A stretch of DNA of 64,000 nucleotides from the human T2T-CHM13v2.0 reference genome, Homo sapiens, in NCBI RefSeq assembly GCF_009914755.1, contig NC_060927.1; one strand, 5' to 3'. Numbering within the stretch: position 1 is the first letter of the stretch; each line of letters opens with the position of its first letter. Position numbers and translations under genes: made by a program. Below, piece by piece: positions 1 through 26,634 of this stretch. Under the pieces are notes generated by a model. That model saw only the letters and a program-made list of their open reading frames with translations. It was not told the origin of the DNA and did not search any database.

Positions 1-454
1 CATGTGCATTTGAAAAGAATGTGTATTCTTTTTTAATGAAATGTTCTGTAACTGTGAGGTAGATCCAGTTGGTTGTTGTGGTAAGTTCTACATCCTTGCT
101 GGTTTTCTCCCTATCAATTAACATGAGAGGAATGTTGAAATCTCTAATTATAATTGTGGGTTTATTTCAATTCTATCAATTTTTGCTTTATGTGTTTTGA
201 AGTTTTGTTAGGTGCATACTCATTTAGGATGTTATACCTTCTTCTTGGTGAATTCATCCTTTTATTATGTAATGTCCCTCTTTATCCTTGGTATATTTTC
301 TTGCTTTGAAGTCGGCTTTTTCTTCTGATATTAAAATAATTATTTCAGCTTTCTGTGATAAGTGGTTGCATGGTGTTTGTCTTTCTATCTTTTTACTTCT
401 AACTTACCTCTCCCTAAATTATATTAAAGTGGGTTTCTCTTCTTTCCTCTTTTC

Positions 455-729
455 TTTCTTCTTGCTCTGTTGCCAGGCTGGAATTCAGTGATGTGATCAA
501 GGCTCACTGCCACCTCCAACTCCTGGACTTAAACAATCCTCCCACCTCAGCCATTTGAGTAGCTTGGGACTAAGGGCGCGTGCCGCCACACCTAGCTAAT
601 TTTTAAATTTTTTGTAGAGATAGAGTCTTGCTAGGTTGCTCAGGCTGGTCTCGAACTGCTAGCCTCAAGTGATCCTCCTTCCTAGGCCTCTGAAAGTGTT
701 GGAATTACAGGCATGAGCCACTGTGCCTA
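455..729 (-). mobile_element. Alu (AluJ-like)
   Basis: Antisense Alu dimer. Confidence 0.85.
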
Positions 730-1161
730 GACAAAATCTGGGTTTATTGAAGACAACATATGGTTGGGTCTTTTTAAAAAAATACATTTTGACAGTTTCT
801 GTCTTTTCATTGATGTGTTTAGACCATTGCCTTTTAATGTAATTATTGATATTTAAGACTTAGTTTAAACATAGTATTTAGTTCAAATAATCATTTAATT
901 ATTTGTTTTCTGTTCAGTGCCTTTGGTTTTGTTCTTATTTTACCTTTGCTGATTTCAGCGGAGTGTTTTTATATTAATTTTAATTTCTCTATTGGGGTTT
1001 TGACTGTTCCTTGCAGTGGTTCTTCTAGAGTTTACAAGTATGCATTTCCCAGTCCACTTAGAATTAATGTATATCACTTAATGTAGAATGTAGAAACCTT
1101 AGCAACGTAGAGGCCCCTTTACCTTCCCCCCTTTATATTGTAGTCATTATCGGTAATATAC

Positions 1162-1524
1162 TGATAGGACTTGGCAGTGTCCCCACCCAAATCTCCTCTT
1201 TGAAGTCCCACAATTCCCATGTGTCATGGGAGGAACCTGGTGGGAGGTGATTAAATTATGGGGCAGATCTTTCCCACGCTGTTTTCCTGATAGTGAATTA
1301 ATCTTATGAGATCTGATGGTTTTAAACAAGGGAGTTTCTCTGCACAAGCTCTCTCTTTGCCTGCTGCCATCCATGTAAGAGTGACTTGCTCCTGCTTGCC
1401 TTCCACCGTGATTGTGAGGCTTCCCCAGCCACATGGAACTGTTAAATCCATTAAACCTCTTTCTTTTGTAAATTGCCCACTCTTGGATATGTGTTTATCA
1501 GTAGCGTGAAAATGGACTAATACG
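1162..1524 (+). mobile_element. THE1 (THE1B-like) MaLR solo LTR
   Basis: Starts tgatagg..tgtccccacccaaatctc, ends gtgaaaatggactaatac; 5-bp TSD TATAC/TACAC. Confidence 0.88.
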
Positions 1525-2074
1525 TACACCTACCTAAATGGAAAACGACACCAATGTCGAATTTTACCTATTCTTTGAAAAAAAAATTTTTTCCTTTCAG
1601 CCATCAAACATTTTAAAGTATTTAAGGGGAGAAGAGTTTATTATATTTACCCAGGTATTTATCATTTCTTTTGATTTCTCTTCATTTTTGAAGTCCCACC
1701 TTTCCCTCTGGTAGTTTCTCTTATGCCTGGAGAACTTCCTTTAACATTTCTTTTAGAGCACGTCTGCTGGCTACAGATTTTAGTTTAGTTTAGTTTTCCT
1801 GCATCTGAGAATGTCTTTATGACCTTAATTCCTAAAAGATATTTTTGCTGAATATAGAATTTCAGACTGATAGTCTTTTTTTTTTCCCCCTCCAGCACTT
1901 CGGAAGATGCTTTGACTGTTTCTGATGGGAAATTTGTAGTAATTTCAATTGTTATTCTCTAATGTCATGCATCATTTCTCTTTGGCTGCTTTTAAGATAT
2001 TTTCTTGTCTTTGGTTATAGCAGTTTAATTGTGATATATCTGGATGTGGATTTCTTTCTGCTTACCCTGCTTAG

Positions 2075-2680
<606 letters not shown>

Positions 2681-2681
2681 T

Positions 2682-3830
<1,149 letters not shown>

Positions 3831-3839
3831 GATAATTTT

Positions 3840-4857
<1,018 letters not shown>

Positions 4858-5922
4858 TGATTCTTCATATGTTCAGTTATTTTGGATACTTTTGGATTCT
4901 TCTTTTATTCTTCTTCATTTTTCAGTTGTTTTGGATACTTCGAGTACTGCGACATTCTAGGTTTTGTTTAAATCCTGTGGAGAATATTGATTTGTTATTT
5001 TGTTTTGTTATAGCAGACAGTTAACTCAGTTTAGGCCACAAGATCCAACCCACCTTCTATGGGCTTTGGTTCTAATATGATGTTAGTTTTCAAAGCCTTG
5101 CTGGTGCTATTTGGGTCATTTCTGGCTATGTGCCACACAGGGGTCAACCAGGCACTTGGGTGGTGGTCTACCTTATAGTTTAGTTCTCAAAGCCTTTGTG
5201 CTGTTGGGATCAGATCCATATGTCACAGCTTGGGGGTGAGCCCAGGAGTTCATACACAACTTTATCAGATGTATTACTCCAGTTCGTTCCCTTCTGAGTT
5301 TCCTTGATACTGTCTTAGTCTCCCATCTCCCACTTCCTGGTCCTGAGCCTGGAAAGCTTGAGGCTCCTGCCTTTCCCTCAGTTGAATCTGTCTCAGGGGC
5401 CACAAGGTAGGAGAAGGAATCGCAAAAAAACAAACAAAACAAAAAACCCCCAAAGCAACACAAGTTCTTTCTCCATACCACTCTACTCCCTCCCCTCCCC
5501 AAAGCACTTAAGTTAGACCACAGTTTTCTGGTCAGAGAGGATTTTCTTCTCCGTAAGTACAGCTGGTCCATAGCTGCCTTAAGTGTGCACAGCTTCCAGG
5601 CTTGGTTTTGTCTGGGTGCAATGGCAAGAGAGAGGGTGGAAATAATGGATTTCTCCCACTCTGTATTCCTCACACTCCCAACCTTATCGCCCCCCATATA
5701 CACACACATACCTTATACCAGAAAGAGAAATCTCCTCTTGGAGCTTTATCTCTTCATGGCTGGTATACATTTCTAGAAATTGGGCTGCCTTTGTATCCAG
5801 ACTGGAAGATTGGGAGAAAACAAGCAAAAGTAAGAAAGAGCACCAGATAGATTGTGCTTCAAGTTCTAGTTCCCTTCTCAAATCTATCTGCTACCATTTA
5901 CTTTTCAGAGTCCTCAGATAGG

Positions 5923-6232
<310 letters not shown>

Positions 6233-6263
6233 TGGGGCATGCATTCTGTCCAGGGTTTTAGTT

Positions 6264-6315
6264 GTATTCAGTGGAAGGAACAGGTAATGGTATTCAGTGG
6301 AAGGAACAGGTAATG
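6264..6315 (+). repeat. Perfect 26-bp tandem duplication
   Basis: (gtattcagtggaaggaacaggtaatg)x2. Confidence 0.9.
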
Positions 6316-6339
6316 TCACGTTTCATGGACCGTGGGTGA

Positions 6340-6580
6340 TGGTAGCAAACATTGAATGCTTTCCCTGTACCAAGCACTGTTCAAAATGCTGTATGTGTTT
6401 TAATTCATTTTACTTTTAAACAGCTCTGTGAGGTAGAGACTGTGGTTATCTCCATTTTATATTTGGGCAAAGTAAGGCATTACAAAGTTAAGGAATGTGT
6501 AAGAAGGGCACACTGATAGGCAAGAGGTAACGTCAGAGTTGTTACCTAGTGTGACTGTCTCCAGGGTCCGTTATAACCAC
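6340..6580 (-). mobile_element. MIR
   Basis: ctgtgaggtag...tatctccattttat...aaggca..aagttaag core. Confidence 0.6.
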
Positions 6581-6823
6581 CAGAATAACACTGCCTGTAT
6601 ATCATTGTTTTAACATTTATTACCTGAAAAAATGAACAGGGTCTCTTAGAGTAATTCGAGAGCCACTGAAACTCTTTATGTTATACCGAAATGGTTGTTT
6701 ATCAGTTATGTGACTACTGTTTTAGTAGGCTTTATAAATGACATTTAAAATTTCATTTTATTAGTCCCTTGATTCTGTCTTACTTTAATAGGTCTTGATA
6801 AAGATTAGGCTTTTTAAATTTTA

Positions 6824-7575
<752 letters not shown>

Positions 7576-8861
7576 AGAAAAAGAAAAAAGACTGAAGGAT
7601 TTTTGTTACATACATATCTTACTAAGATCATTTGGGTAGCTCTAGAAATCCCCCTTTTTAAGTTCAGTAATAGAAACCTAGAAATAGATTTAGAAAGAAA
7701 CTTTTTTACAGTTTTTTTTTATGAACAAGCAGCATTTGTACTCATAGAAGGGCACACAATGACAAGTCTTTTTCTCATTTTAGTTCCCAAAATACCCAGT
7801 TTTCCCAAGAAAGAAGAAAATAAACTTCTAAATAAAGTTATTTTCTTAATTTTAAAAAGTTTTTATGTTAGAAACGCAGACATTCAAAAAGTAGTACAGA
7901 TGTTTAGAGACCAACCAGGACAATAGTATCAAGGCCTGAAAATGTGACTGGTATACTAATAACCTCAACACTCATGCTCCCTACTTTAGAACCCCACACA
8001 GCCTGCATGTGAACGGTAATCATCTTTTTATATAAAAATGCAGGTGTTTATTAAGGATTATGGCCGACCTTTGATTTTAATGGGAAATATATCCAGATAA
8101 CTTTAGTGACTTCACAAGTTGACAAAAAGTGTTGTTTGCTTGAGCTCTCTAGCACTAAGATTTCTTTTAGTGTCCCTTTTTATGTTGCTGTTGGCTCATC
8201 AATGTTTCTGAATATTTGAGTGAAACTGCTGGTTGGTTGACAAGGGATACTCACTAGCAAACTAATCACAGACAAGCAAGTTGAATTTTTATTCAGCAGT
8301 TTTTTGGATATGGATTTAGTAGCACCGTTATTAGAATGCTGTTAATGAAAGGTAGAGTGATCATATGAAATAATCTTTAGAGACCTTTTAAAATGACTAT
8401 TTTTCAGGAGTAGAGGTAAGCAAGAATGAGTTTTCAGGCTCCTAATTGAAATTGTGGTTTGGAGAACATTTTAATCCTCTAGGGTTGTCTTTGTAAAGGA
8501 AGTTGCTGCAGAGTAGCTCCCTTTGTATTAACAGGCAGTAGAGTTAGTTGTTTCAAGTGAGTTAGAATTTTAGAATTGGAACGACAGCATGTAATTAGTT
8601 GGAGAGTTCCTATGCCATTACGCTTTATAAAAAGTTATCTAGATGTGATATGACCAGTTGATCCCCTGTAATAAAAACAATTAATTTTCTAGAGAATTTT
8701 TATCTGCTATATTCAATTTTCATAGCATAATGCTGAAGAAAATGTAATGAGTTTTTCACTGAGTTTCGTTGTTCCCATTCAAAAAGAACTATTTAAAAAT
8801 CCATGTTGCTACTATTTGGGATGTTATAGATCCTGACAGGATAAATAAAACTTGCCACTAG

Positions 8862-9153
8862 TGTTTTTTTGAGACAGAGTCTGGCTTTGTCCCCCAGGTG
8901 TCTGTCCTCCAGGGTAGAGTGCAGTGGCACCATCTCAGCTCACTCTAACCTCTGCCTTCCAGGCTCAAGCCATCTTCCCACCTCAGCCTTCCAAGTAGCT
9001 TGGGACCGCAGGCATGCCCCATCACACCTGGCAAATGTTTGTATTTTTTGTAGAGACGGGGTCTTGCTTTGTTATCCAGGCTGGTTTCAAGCAATCCACC
9101 CACTTTGGCCTCCCACGGCCGGGGATTACAGGGGTGAGGCACTGTACCAGCCT
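8862..9153 (-). mobile_element. Alu (AluJ-like)
   Basis: Antisense dimer, flanked by ccactagt. Confidence 0.85.
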
Positions 9154-10719
9154 TTACCACTAGTTATCTTGAAAAAATAAATGATTCAGCCCCTGTCCCC
9201 TAAGGCAAATCTGATTGTTTGCCAGATTACCATAAACTCAGCAACATCAAAAAAAAACAAAACAAAAACCCAGCAATATTAACACTGAAACTTGCAGTCT
9301 TGCCTTAAGGTGTGGTCCTCAGTCTGAAGTGTATCAAGAGCCCCACTGACATCAGAGAGGCAATGTTTGAGTGGTTTGCAAAAAACAGCACAGCAGTTAA
9401 GAGTTAAATATTTCATCTTAAGGGTTTGAGTGGGTCTGTTTGTTTGCCTCATCTAAAGGCTAGCTGTTCGGGAGCAGGAAAGAAGAAAAGAAGCAAAGCC
9501 AGCAGTAAACACTTGAGGTTTGAGCTAGTATAGGCACTTAGGAGAAGTGGCAGTAAGGAGAAAGGAGACAACACCTCTGCATTCTGATTGAGTAAGAGGG
9601 TTTAGAGTTCTCTGTATCTAATATAATCAAAAGTGACATAGCTAGGACTGAAATTTAGATTTCTTGACTCATTTTCAAGTAGCACAGTGGGTAGGCACTC
9701 TGCAGAAACATTCCTATTGTTATGTGTTGATTTAAGTTAGTCCTTAGGGGCTTAAATGTCACTACTTCAAGAAAGGCCTTCTTGGATACTCAATCACCTC
9801 ATACAGTCTCCTCTGTTTTGCATAGCATATATTTATTGGGTGATATTTGTATGTTTGTTTCCTAGTTTCTCTTCTTTTTATTGTTGAATTACTGACTGAT
9901 GGCTAAGTGAGTACATAGAGGCAGAGACAAGTAGCTTTAAGGGTTTATAAGACCGCAGGAAAAAGTGAACAGCAATAGGTGTTTGTAAATCAGTTTGCTA
10001 TAGATTCGTTATCTGTGTATGCTGTCAAGGCACACAAAACGCATCTGTGTAAATCAGCTGCTCATCACTGGACTGGATCATTTGTGTAGCAGTCTTTTAC
10101 AATTGGCCTGTCTGCCTTAGAATAACTAGAGCCAGAGTTCATAAATGCATAGTATGAGAGCTATAGCCACTTCTTCATCTATGCAGATGCCACAGATGAA
10201 AGAGAATGTCACTCATTGACCTCAGGTTGGAGCCACAGTCAGTCCATTTGGATTAGTAAGCTAGATGAAATGTTGGCATGCAGGCCACAGTCTACGCAGG
10301 GTGCCTGTTCTTAGAAGAATCTAGGGTTGCCTTTATCTTTCTGGCTAGTGTTTTTGGAAGAGTTAGATTTGTTTGAGTCTGTATTGTTGTACATTGTGTC
10401 AGTTTTGAAATGATAATCTTGGAATGTTATGACTTTGTAGAAGGTTTTATTTGATTTGCTTCAGAAAAATAATTTCTGAGTTTTTTGTTTATCTGGGATG
10501 TTGGCCCATGGGGAGAATTTGGGCCATCAGGTAAAAGAAGCCTTAATTAATTATATCACTAAGGAATTTTGAAGTATTAGTTTAAAATTTTTGCACGCTA
10601 CTTAATTCACTGTGATAATTACAGAAGAGCACTTTCTTTAGAAACAAAAATAAATCCATTGAAGTTTTGAGAAACTTTATTCTTTAGTAATAAGACTTAA
10701 CTGCCCAAATGAATCTTTT

Positions 10720-11300
10720 ATTTTTACTATGGATTCAGTGGAACATGGGCGGGTCTGTTCCATGGGTATATTTTGTGATGCTGAGGTTTGGGCTTCTACT
10801 GATCTTGTCACCCAAATAGTGAGCACAGTACCCAATAGATAGTTTTTCAGTCCTTACTCTCTCCCCACTTTTTGGAGTCTCCCATGTTTGTTGGGCCTAT
10901 CTTTATGTCTGTGTGTACTCAGTGTTTAGCTCCCACTTTTTTTTTTTTTTTTTTTTTGAGACGGAGTCTTGCTGTGTCACCCAGGCTGGAGTGCAGTGGC
11001 GTGATTTCAGCTCACTGCAACCTCCGCTTCCCTGGTTGAAGTGATTCTCCTACCTCCACCTCTGAAGTAGCTGTGACTACAGGTGTGTGCCACCACACCC
11101 AGCTAATTTTTTATTTTTAGTAAAGACAAGGTTTCGCTATGTTGGCCAGGCTGGTCTCGAACTCTTGACCTCAGGTGATCCGCCCGCCTCAGCCTCGAAA
11201 AGTGCTGTGATTACAGGTGTGAGCCACCACGCCTGACCAGCTCCCACTTATAAGTAAGAATATGCAGTTTTTGGTTTTCTGCTTCTGTATTAATATCGCT
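10720..11300 (-). mobile_element. L1 3' fragment interrupted by an Alu (10936-11238)
   Basis: L1P-type 3' sequence; Alu TSD AGCTCCCACTT on both sides. Confidence 0.8.
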
Positions 11301-11520
11301 GAATCTTTTAACATGTACTTTTTAACTAAAATCCTTTGGGAAGGAATTATGTCTGTGGTTGGAAGTAAATCCAAATTTGCATATAAAACAGATCAAATTA
11401 TTGATCTTTGCAAAATTATTTAAGGATTGTCCATAGTGTTCTGAAATTGGGAGAAAATGAACATTGTATATATGATTCTTGAAATGTTACTGTAGTGAAT
11501 GATTATGAACATATTTTCTA

Positions 11521-12172
<652 letters not shown>

Positions 12173-12359
12173 TAGTTATAACTCTTCTACTTTTTCCTGA
12201 ACTAATTGTCAGAATTCTTTATGATTGATTCTGTTCATGAATTTTACTATTATTATTACTGTAGTAGGTAATAGGTGGTAGTGGCATGACTGATTTGTCT
12301 TCTGTTTTGAGATGCACTTGATATAATAAAGAATGAGGTAGTATTTGATTATTTCTATT

Positions 12360-13180
12360 TAAAATTTGTTTTATTTGGAAATTATTTAAAATTTATAGAA
12401 AAGTTGCAGAAATAAATGCATTGCAAACAGCACTCATACCCCTTTCTAGGATCAAACTGTGGTTAACATTTTACCTCATTTGCTTTCTGATGTGTATTTG
12501 TATCACCTTACAGCATTCAATTTTCTGAAACATCGGAGGGTGAGGCCCTTGTTTTCTAAGTATGTAGTTTCTAAGATTAGGGATGTTCTTTTACATGAGT
12601 ATAGTTAAGTTACCAACTTTAGTACATTTAAAAGTTGATACATCATAGATTTTACCTATTCCATTTTTGTCAGTTGACCCAATAATATCATTTGTTGCCA
12701 TTTTTGTCCTTCAGTACTGGATCCAACTAGGATCAGGTACCTTTTGGATGCAGTCTAGGATCATGTACTGCTTTTAATTGTCATGTCTCTTTAGCCTCTG
12801 TTAGTCTGAAACATTTCTACAGCTTTTCTTTTTCTGGCATTGACATTTTTGAAAAATTCACACATAACCCTTCTTTTAAATAGAGTGTTCCTCGTTTTGG
12901 GTTTGTCTGATGATTAGATTCTGTTATATATTCTCAGCTGGAATACTACATAGGGGATATTGTGTCCTTCTAATGGTATGGTGTCTGTAGGCACATGATG
13001 TTAATCTGAGCATCATTGAGATACTAATTTTAATCACACAAAGTGTTGCCTGATTTCTCCATTGTATAATACTAGTTTTCCCCATCTTGCAGCTAATGAT
13101 CAGTTTGTGGGGATACACTTTCAGACTGTGAAACTTCTTGCTCTTCATCAAAATTTCCCCCTAGACGAGTATCTTATTAC
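12360..13180 (-). mobile_element. Old L1 (L1MC/ME-like) 3' fragment
   Basis: tttaaaatttatagaaaagttgca; gtcagttgacccaataat; tgtcatgtctctttag. Confidence 0.6.
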
Positions 13181-13818
13181 CTTCCTTTTAAGTACTTTGC
13201 TAGCAAAAAAAAAATTGTTTGTAATTCTTTTTCTTACTAATGTAAATTGAAATAAAAAATTCTACTTACTACAGAAATACAGAAAGCATAATACTAATTT
13301 GAAAAATGAGTATTGGTAATTATAGTGACTTCATATAGGAATTAAAAGTTCTTAGAAGGAAAAATGACTAATTTGGGTATTTAGTTGGTCATATCCTCTC
13401 GTTTGCCCAGTGTGTGAATTTTGGAATTAAACAATTGAGTCCTAGTGTGTTTTGTTTTAAAAAGAAAGAAAAGACCACTCTGTTTAGCATGTGAAAAGTA
13501 GCTTCTTCTGTACTGTACCAAAGGAAAAAATCTAGTATGAGGCTTTGTCATGCTCCATATTTCATTCTGTCTTCACAAAGTGGCTTGATAACTACACCCT
13601 TAAAAAATGATTCTTAGAGGAAAAAAACCATGAGACATTTGTTAAAGTAGGTATTTTTCTATTTGTCTTTTCAAGTTTATTGTATTGTATTGGACCGCTG
13701 CTATAGATGGACAGGTCAAGCAAAGAGAAACTTCATTTCCCATGCTGTTGTTAATAGCTTGCTTTCTGCATGTCTTCATTTAAAAGAACAATTGTGAAAT
13801 CTAACCTAATCCATTTAG

Positions 13819-14585
<767 letters not shown>

Positions 14586-15245
14586 CTGTCTTAAGATATC
14601 TTTAGTAAAGTGTCCTTTCATTACTGGAGGTTCACCGCCTCATGTCTTCAGTCTTCCTGCTGTTAACTTTGGTTGCTGTCTGTACGTTCTTCACCATTTT
14701 CCATTTGTCTCATTTCTGAGATCTCTAGTAGAAAATGTAGGTAAGTGCTGCAAAGTGGAGTGTTGGCACTGATAGAACTTTCTAGGACAAGGTCTGCTTT
14801 AGCCTTTGGTATGCTAATGAATTTGGGAAAAGCCACATTTTTCTGCTGTTGTAGCATTCATCTCCTTGCTTACCTGTATTTTAAATGAACGGCCTATGAA
14901 TAGAACATAAAACCATAAACGTTAGGGCTGGAAGTGACTGGAGATACTCTTCCAATTTCCTTTTTCTAGATAAGGAAGCTGAATCCCAAGGTCACATGAC
15001 TTGCATCTAGTTAGTAAGTAGCATAATTGTTAATAAGATTCCCTGACTTTGAGAATAATCTTCTTTTCACCATCTTATTTTGCTTCAGATTTATTTTGTT
15101 CAACCAAGTTCCAGGTACACTGCCTTGCAACTTTGGCTTATAGGAGGGTAAGCATTATGACAGTGACAGCTCCATCTGCCATCACAGAATCACAGCGAGT
15201 GCCACGTGTGATCATGGCATTTAAGAAGGCAGGCATGAAAGCATA

Positions 15246-15483
15246 CAGTAGTCCCTCTTATCCATGGTTTTGCTTTCCAGTTTCAGTTACCTATGATCAA
15301 CCTCTGAAATAATAATGACTCTAAAGCAGAAGAGTACTGTGCCTAATTTATAAATTAAGCTTTATCATAGGTATGTATGTATTGGGAAAAACATAGTGTA
15401 CATAGGGTTAGGTTCTATCTGTGATGTCAGGCATCCACTGGGGTTCTTGGAACGTATCCCCCAAGGATAAGGAGGGACTACTT
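15246..15483. mobile_element. MER44/Tigger7-type MITE
   Basis: TIRs cagtagtccctcttatcc ... ggataaggagggactact. Confidence 0.75.
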
Positions 15484-15529
15484 ACTTTTATTTTTCTACT
15501 CTTTCCCCCCCAAGTCAGATTAACTCATA

Positions 15530-15700
15530 ATTATCCAGATCTTAAGAACAATGTGACTTTAGGCAAGTGACTTAAGCTGACTTTGCCTTGTTTTTCTCAT
15601 CTGAGAAATGAAGATAATGCTACTCATTTCATTGGGTTGTTATAAGGATTAAACTATGCTGATGAATGTTAAGTGCTTAGTATTACGTGTTTGTTAAATT
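15530..15700 (+). mobile_element. MIR
   Basis: gtgactttaggcaagtgacttaa...tctcatctgagaaatg. Confidence 0.6.
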
Positions 15701-16012
15701 TGTTAAAATAAGTAGAATGATATACTACTAAGTAGTATTTTCTAAACATCTGTTTCCCAAACCTGTAGTCTTAATTAAGCAGCTTCTTGACAGCTCAGAC
15801 ATAAATTCTCAGGTATCTAGTGCCCAGTTGCCAACTGAGTGGTTATAGTTGTTCAACACAAGCTTTGAAAAGTGATGATTAAGATTGGACACTAGGAAAG
15901 AAGTAGAAAATACTTCCAGGTCCATAAAGTAATTATTGCACAAAATTCATGCATCAAAGTTAAGCACTTTATTGGCAGAAGAGTTCCAGCATTTTCCTCC
16001 TTCATGGCCTAT

Positions 16013-16320
16013 GTTTTTTTTGAGACATGCTCTCACTCTATTGTCTAGGCTGGAGTACAGTGGCACAATCTTGTCTTAAAGTCATATCGTTCTTAAGATC
16101 TCAACCTCCACCTCCCAGGCTCAAGCAATCCTCCCACCTCAGCCTCCCTAGTAGCTGGGACTACAGGTGCATATAACCATGCCTGGCTAATTTTTGTATT
16201 TGTAGAGAGAAGGTTTTGCCGTGTCACCCAGGCTAGTCTTGAACTCCTGGGCCGCAGCAACCTGCCTGTCTCAGCCTCCCAAAGTGCTGGAATTACAGGC
16301 TTGAGCCACTATGCCTGGCC
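16013..16320 (-). mobile_element. Alu (AluJ-like)
   Basis: Antisense dimer with a small internal insertion. Confidence 0.85.
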
Positions 16321-17024
16321 CTAATAACTCTTAGTTTGTTCAACAAATATTTATTGAATATCTTGCTCTACTCAAGAATTTTGGAGTAAAAACTCAAGGA
16401 CTTGATTAGCTAATTTTCGGTTTTTGCATGTTAGCAGTAGCAACTGAGTTACAGGAAAGTTGTTAGGGTTGGCCAAGGTAAAGAAAAGAGATAAATGAAC
16501 CCCTGAGAAAGCTCGGGGGTACCCCAGTATACTGCAGCCCCCTACATTATTTTATTATGAAGTGCTGTAGTTGATGTTCATAATCATAAAACTTTACCTC
16601 CAATAGGGAGGGCCCTTGAGTGTTATCTAATTTAGTTTTCTTGTTTTGCAATAGATAAACTGACCCAGAAACATTGAGAACACATTAAATCATGTTCTAT
16701 AGGTTGTTTGTGGGAAGTTAGCCAAGTGTATATTGCCTTTTAGAAAGCTTTCCATGCAAGCTAGTTGTAAAGTTTGGTACCTAAAAATTTTAGCTACTAT
16801 TTTTCCTGCCTCTTCATTATGTAAAACACTTAATGATATGAAATAAATGAGCATTATCTCACGTAGATCTCTCCTCAGAGATTAAAGCCTATCACAATAA
16901 ATATAATTACAATGAAAATATTTAAGAAAAATATAATCACGATTTAGCCATGTGACCTTGGGACTCTACTACCTGTTCTATGAAATGATAATGATAATTG
17001 TCCCTCCCTGTATGATGACTAGTT

Positions 17025-17251
17025 TTTTAAAAATTTTGGTAAAATACATAAAACACAAAGTATCATCTTAGTCATTTTTAAGTGTGCAATTCAGTAGTGT
17101 TAAGTACATTCACATTGTGTAACCATCACCACTGTCCACTTCTAGAAATTTGTTATCTTTTCAAACTGAAACTCCATACCCATTAAGCAAATTAATATCT
17201 TCTGTCTTTATGAATTTGACTATTTTAGGTACCTCATAAAGTGAAATACAG

Positions 17252-17293
<42 letters not shown>

Positions 17294-17640
17294 TGTGTGA
17301 GACTTCTGGCTCATTTCATTTAGCAAAATGTCTTCATTTCTTTTGAGTGTATATTCAGAAGTTGAATTGCTGGATCATATGATAATTCTATTTTTAGGTT
17401 TTTCAGGAACTGCTATACCATTTTTCATAGCAGCTATACCATTTTGCCTTCCTGCCAGCAGTATACAAGAGTTCCTATTTCTCTGCATTCTTTCCAGTGC
17501 TTTCTGTTTTTTTTTTTTTCTCTTAATAGTAGCCATCCTACTGGATGTTAGGTGGTATCTCTTTGTGGGTTTGATTTGCATTTCCCTAATGATTAGTGAG
17601 TCGAACGTCTTTTCATGAGTTCATTGGCCATTTATCTTTT
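17025..17640 (-). mobile_element. L1MB-type 3' fragment containing (TG)n at 17256-17298
   Basis: L1 3' consensus; gtggtatctc..gtgggtttgatttgcatttccctaatga. Confidence 0.75.
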
Positions 17641-18449
17641 ATCATGGCTTAGTTTTGATATAACTAGTTTAGATAGAATGACTAGATTTTCACATATAAT
17701 CACATATGTGAAAGTCCTGAGAATTATAATGTCTTATATAAGTGAAAGTAGTGACTATGGCTGTGTTAACATTTTTTCTGAAGTTAATAAAACTCCACTG
17801 AACAGTTAAAAGAGGCACAATTCGAGTTCTGTATAGGAAGTTATTTGTACAGTTGGAATTCGTTGTGCTCAAGATTTAAGACAATTTTGGAATACATGTG
17901 TATGTGGCTAGCATAAGGCCATAGCAGACAATACTCATGACATTGAGATAAGTAACCAAAAAGAGAACAAAATTGATTACATAAAAGGAAAAACTTCTGT
18001 ATGACAAAATATTTTATAAGCCTTATTAAAAGACAGACTTGGAAATGCTGTTTAGCAGTGAATTTTAATAGTTACTGTCAGAATAATTTAAATGCTGAAA
18101 GTTTTATTTCTGATCTCATCTACTTTGTGGAAATGTACATCTAGGTGAACACATTTAAAAATTTTCGTATGTATTTGTCATATAAAATTCTTTTAGCATA
18201 AGGAAATATGTAAAAAATTACATTAGTTTCAAAAATATCTTTTTTAGATGGAAGAATATATCTTTGTTGGGACAAAATAATGCATCTCTTCAAGAATTAT
18301 GGCCATAAGGAACATGTTCTTAAAGTAGATTGTTACCAATGGTAAAAAAATATTTACTAAAATGGTTACAAATGCAATGTTGATATTAGAAGTTTATGCA
18401 GTGTCATTATAAGTGAGTAGCCTAACTTCAAATGTTTTATTTTGTTCAG

Positions 18450-26634
<8,185 letters not shown>

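Noticed and set aside
5173-5709. 178-aa minus-strand ORF
   Set aside because: Lies in degenerate repeat-like sequence continuous with the old L1 block; no domain similarity that I recognise.
15200-15210. TGCCACGTGT E-box as a CLEAR/TFEB site for ARL8B
   Set aside because: Single isolated site, flanks differ from GTCACGTGAC, and it is far from the ARL8B promoter.
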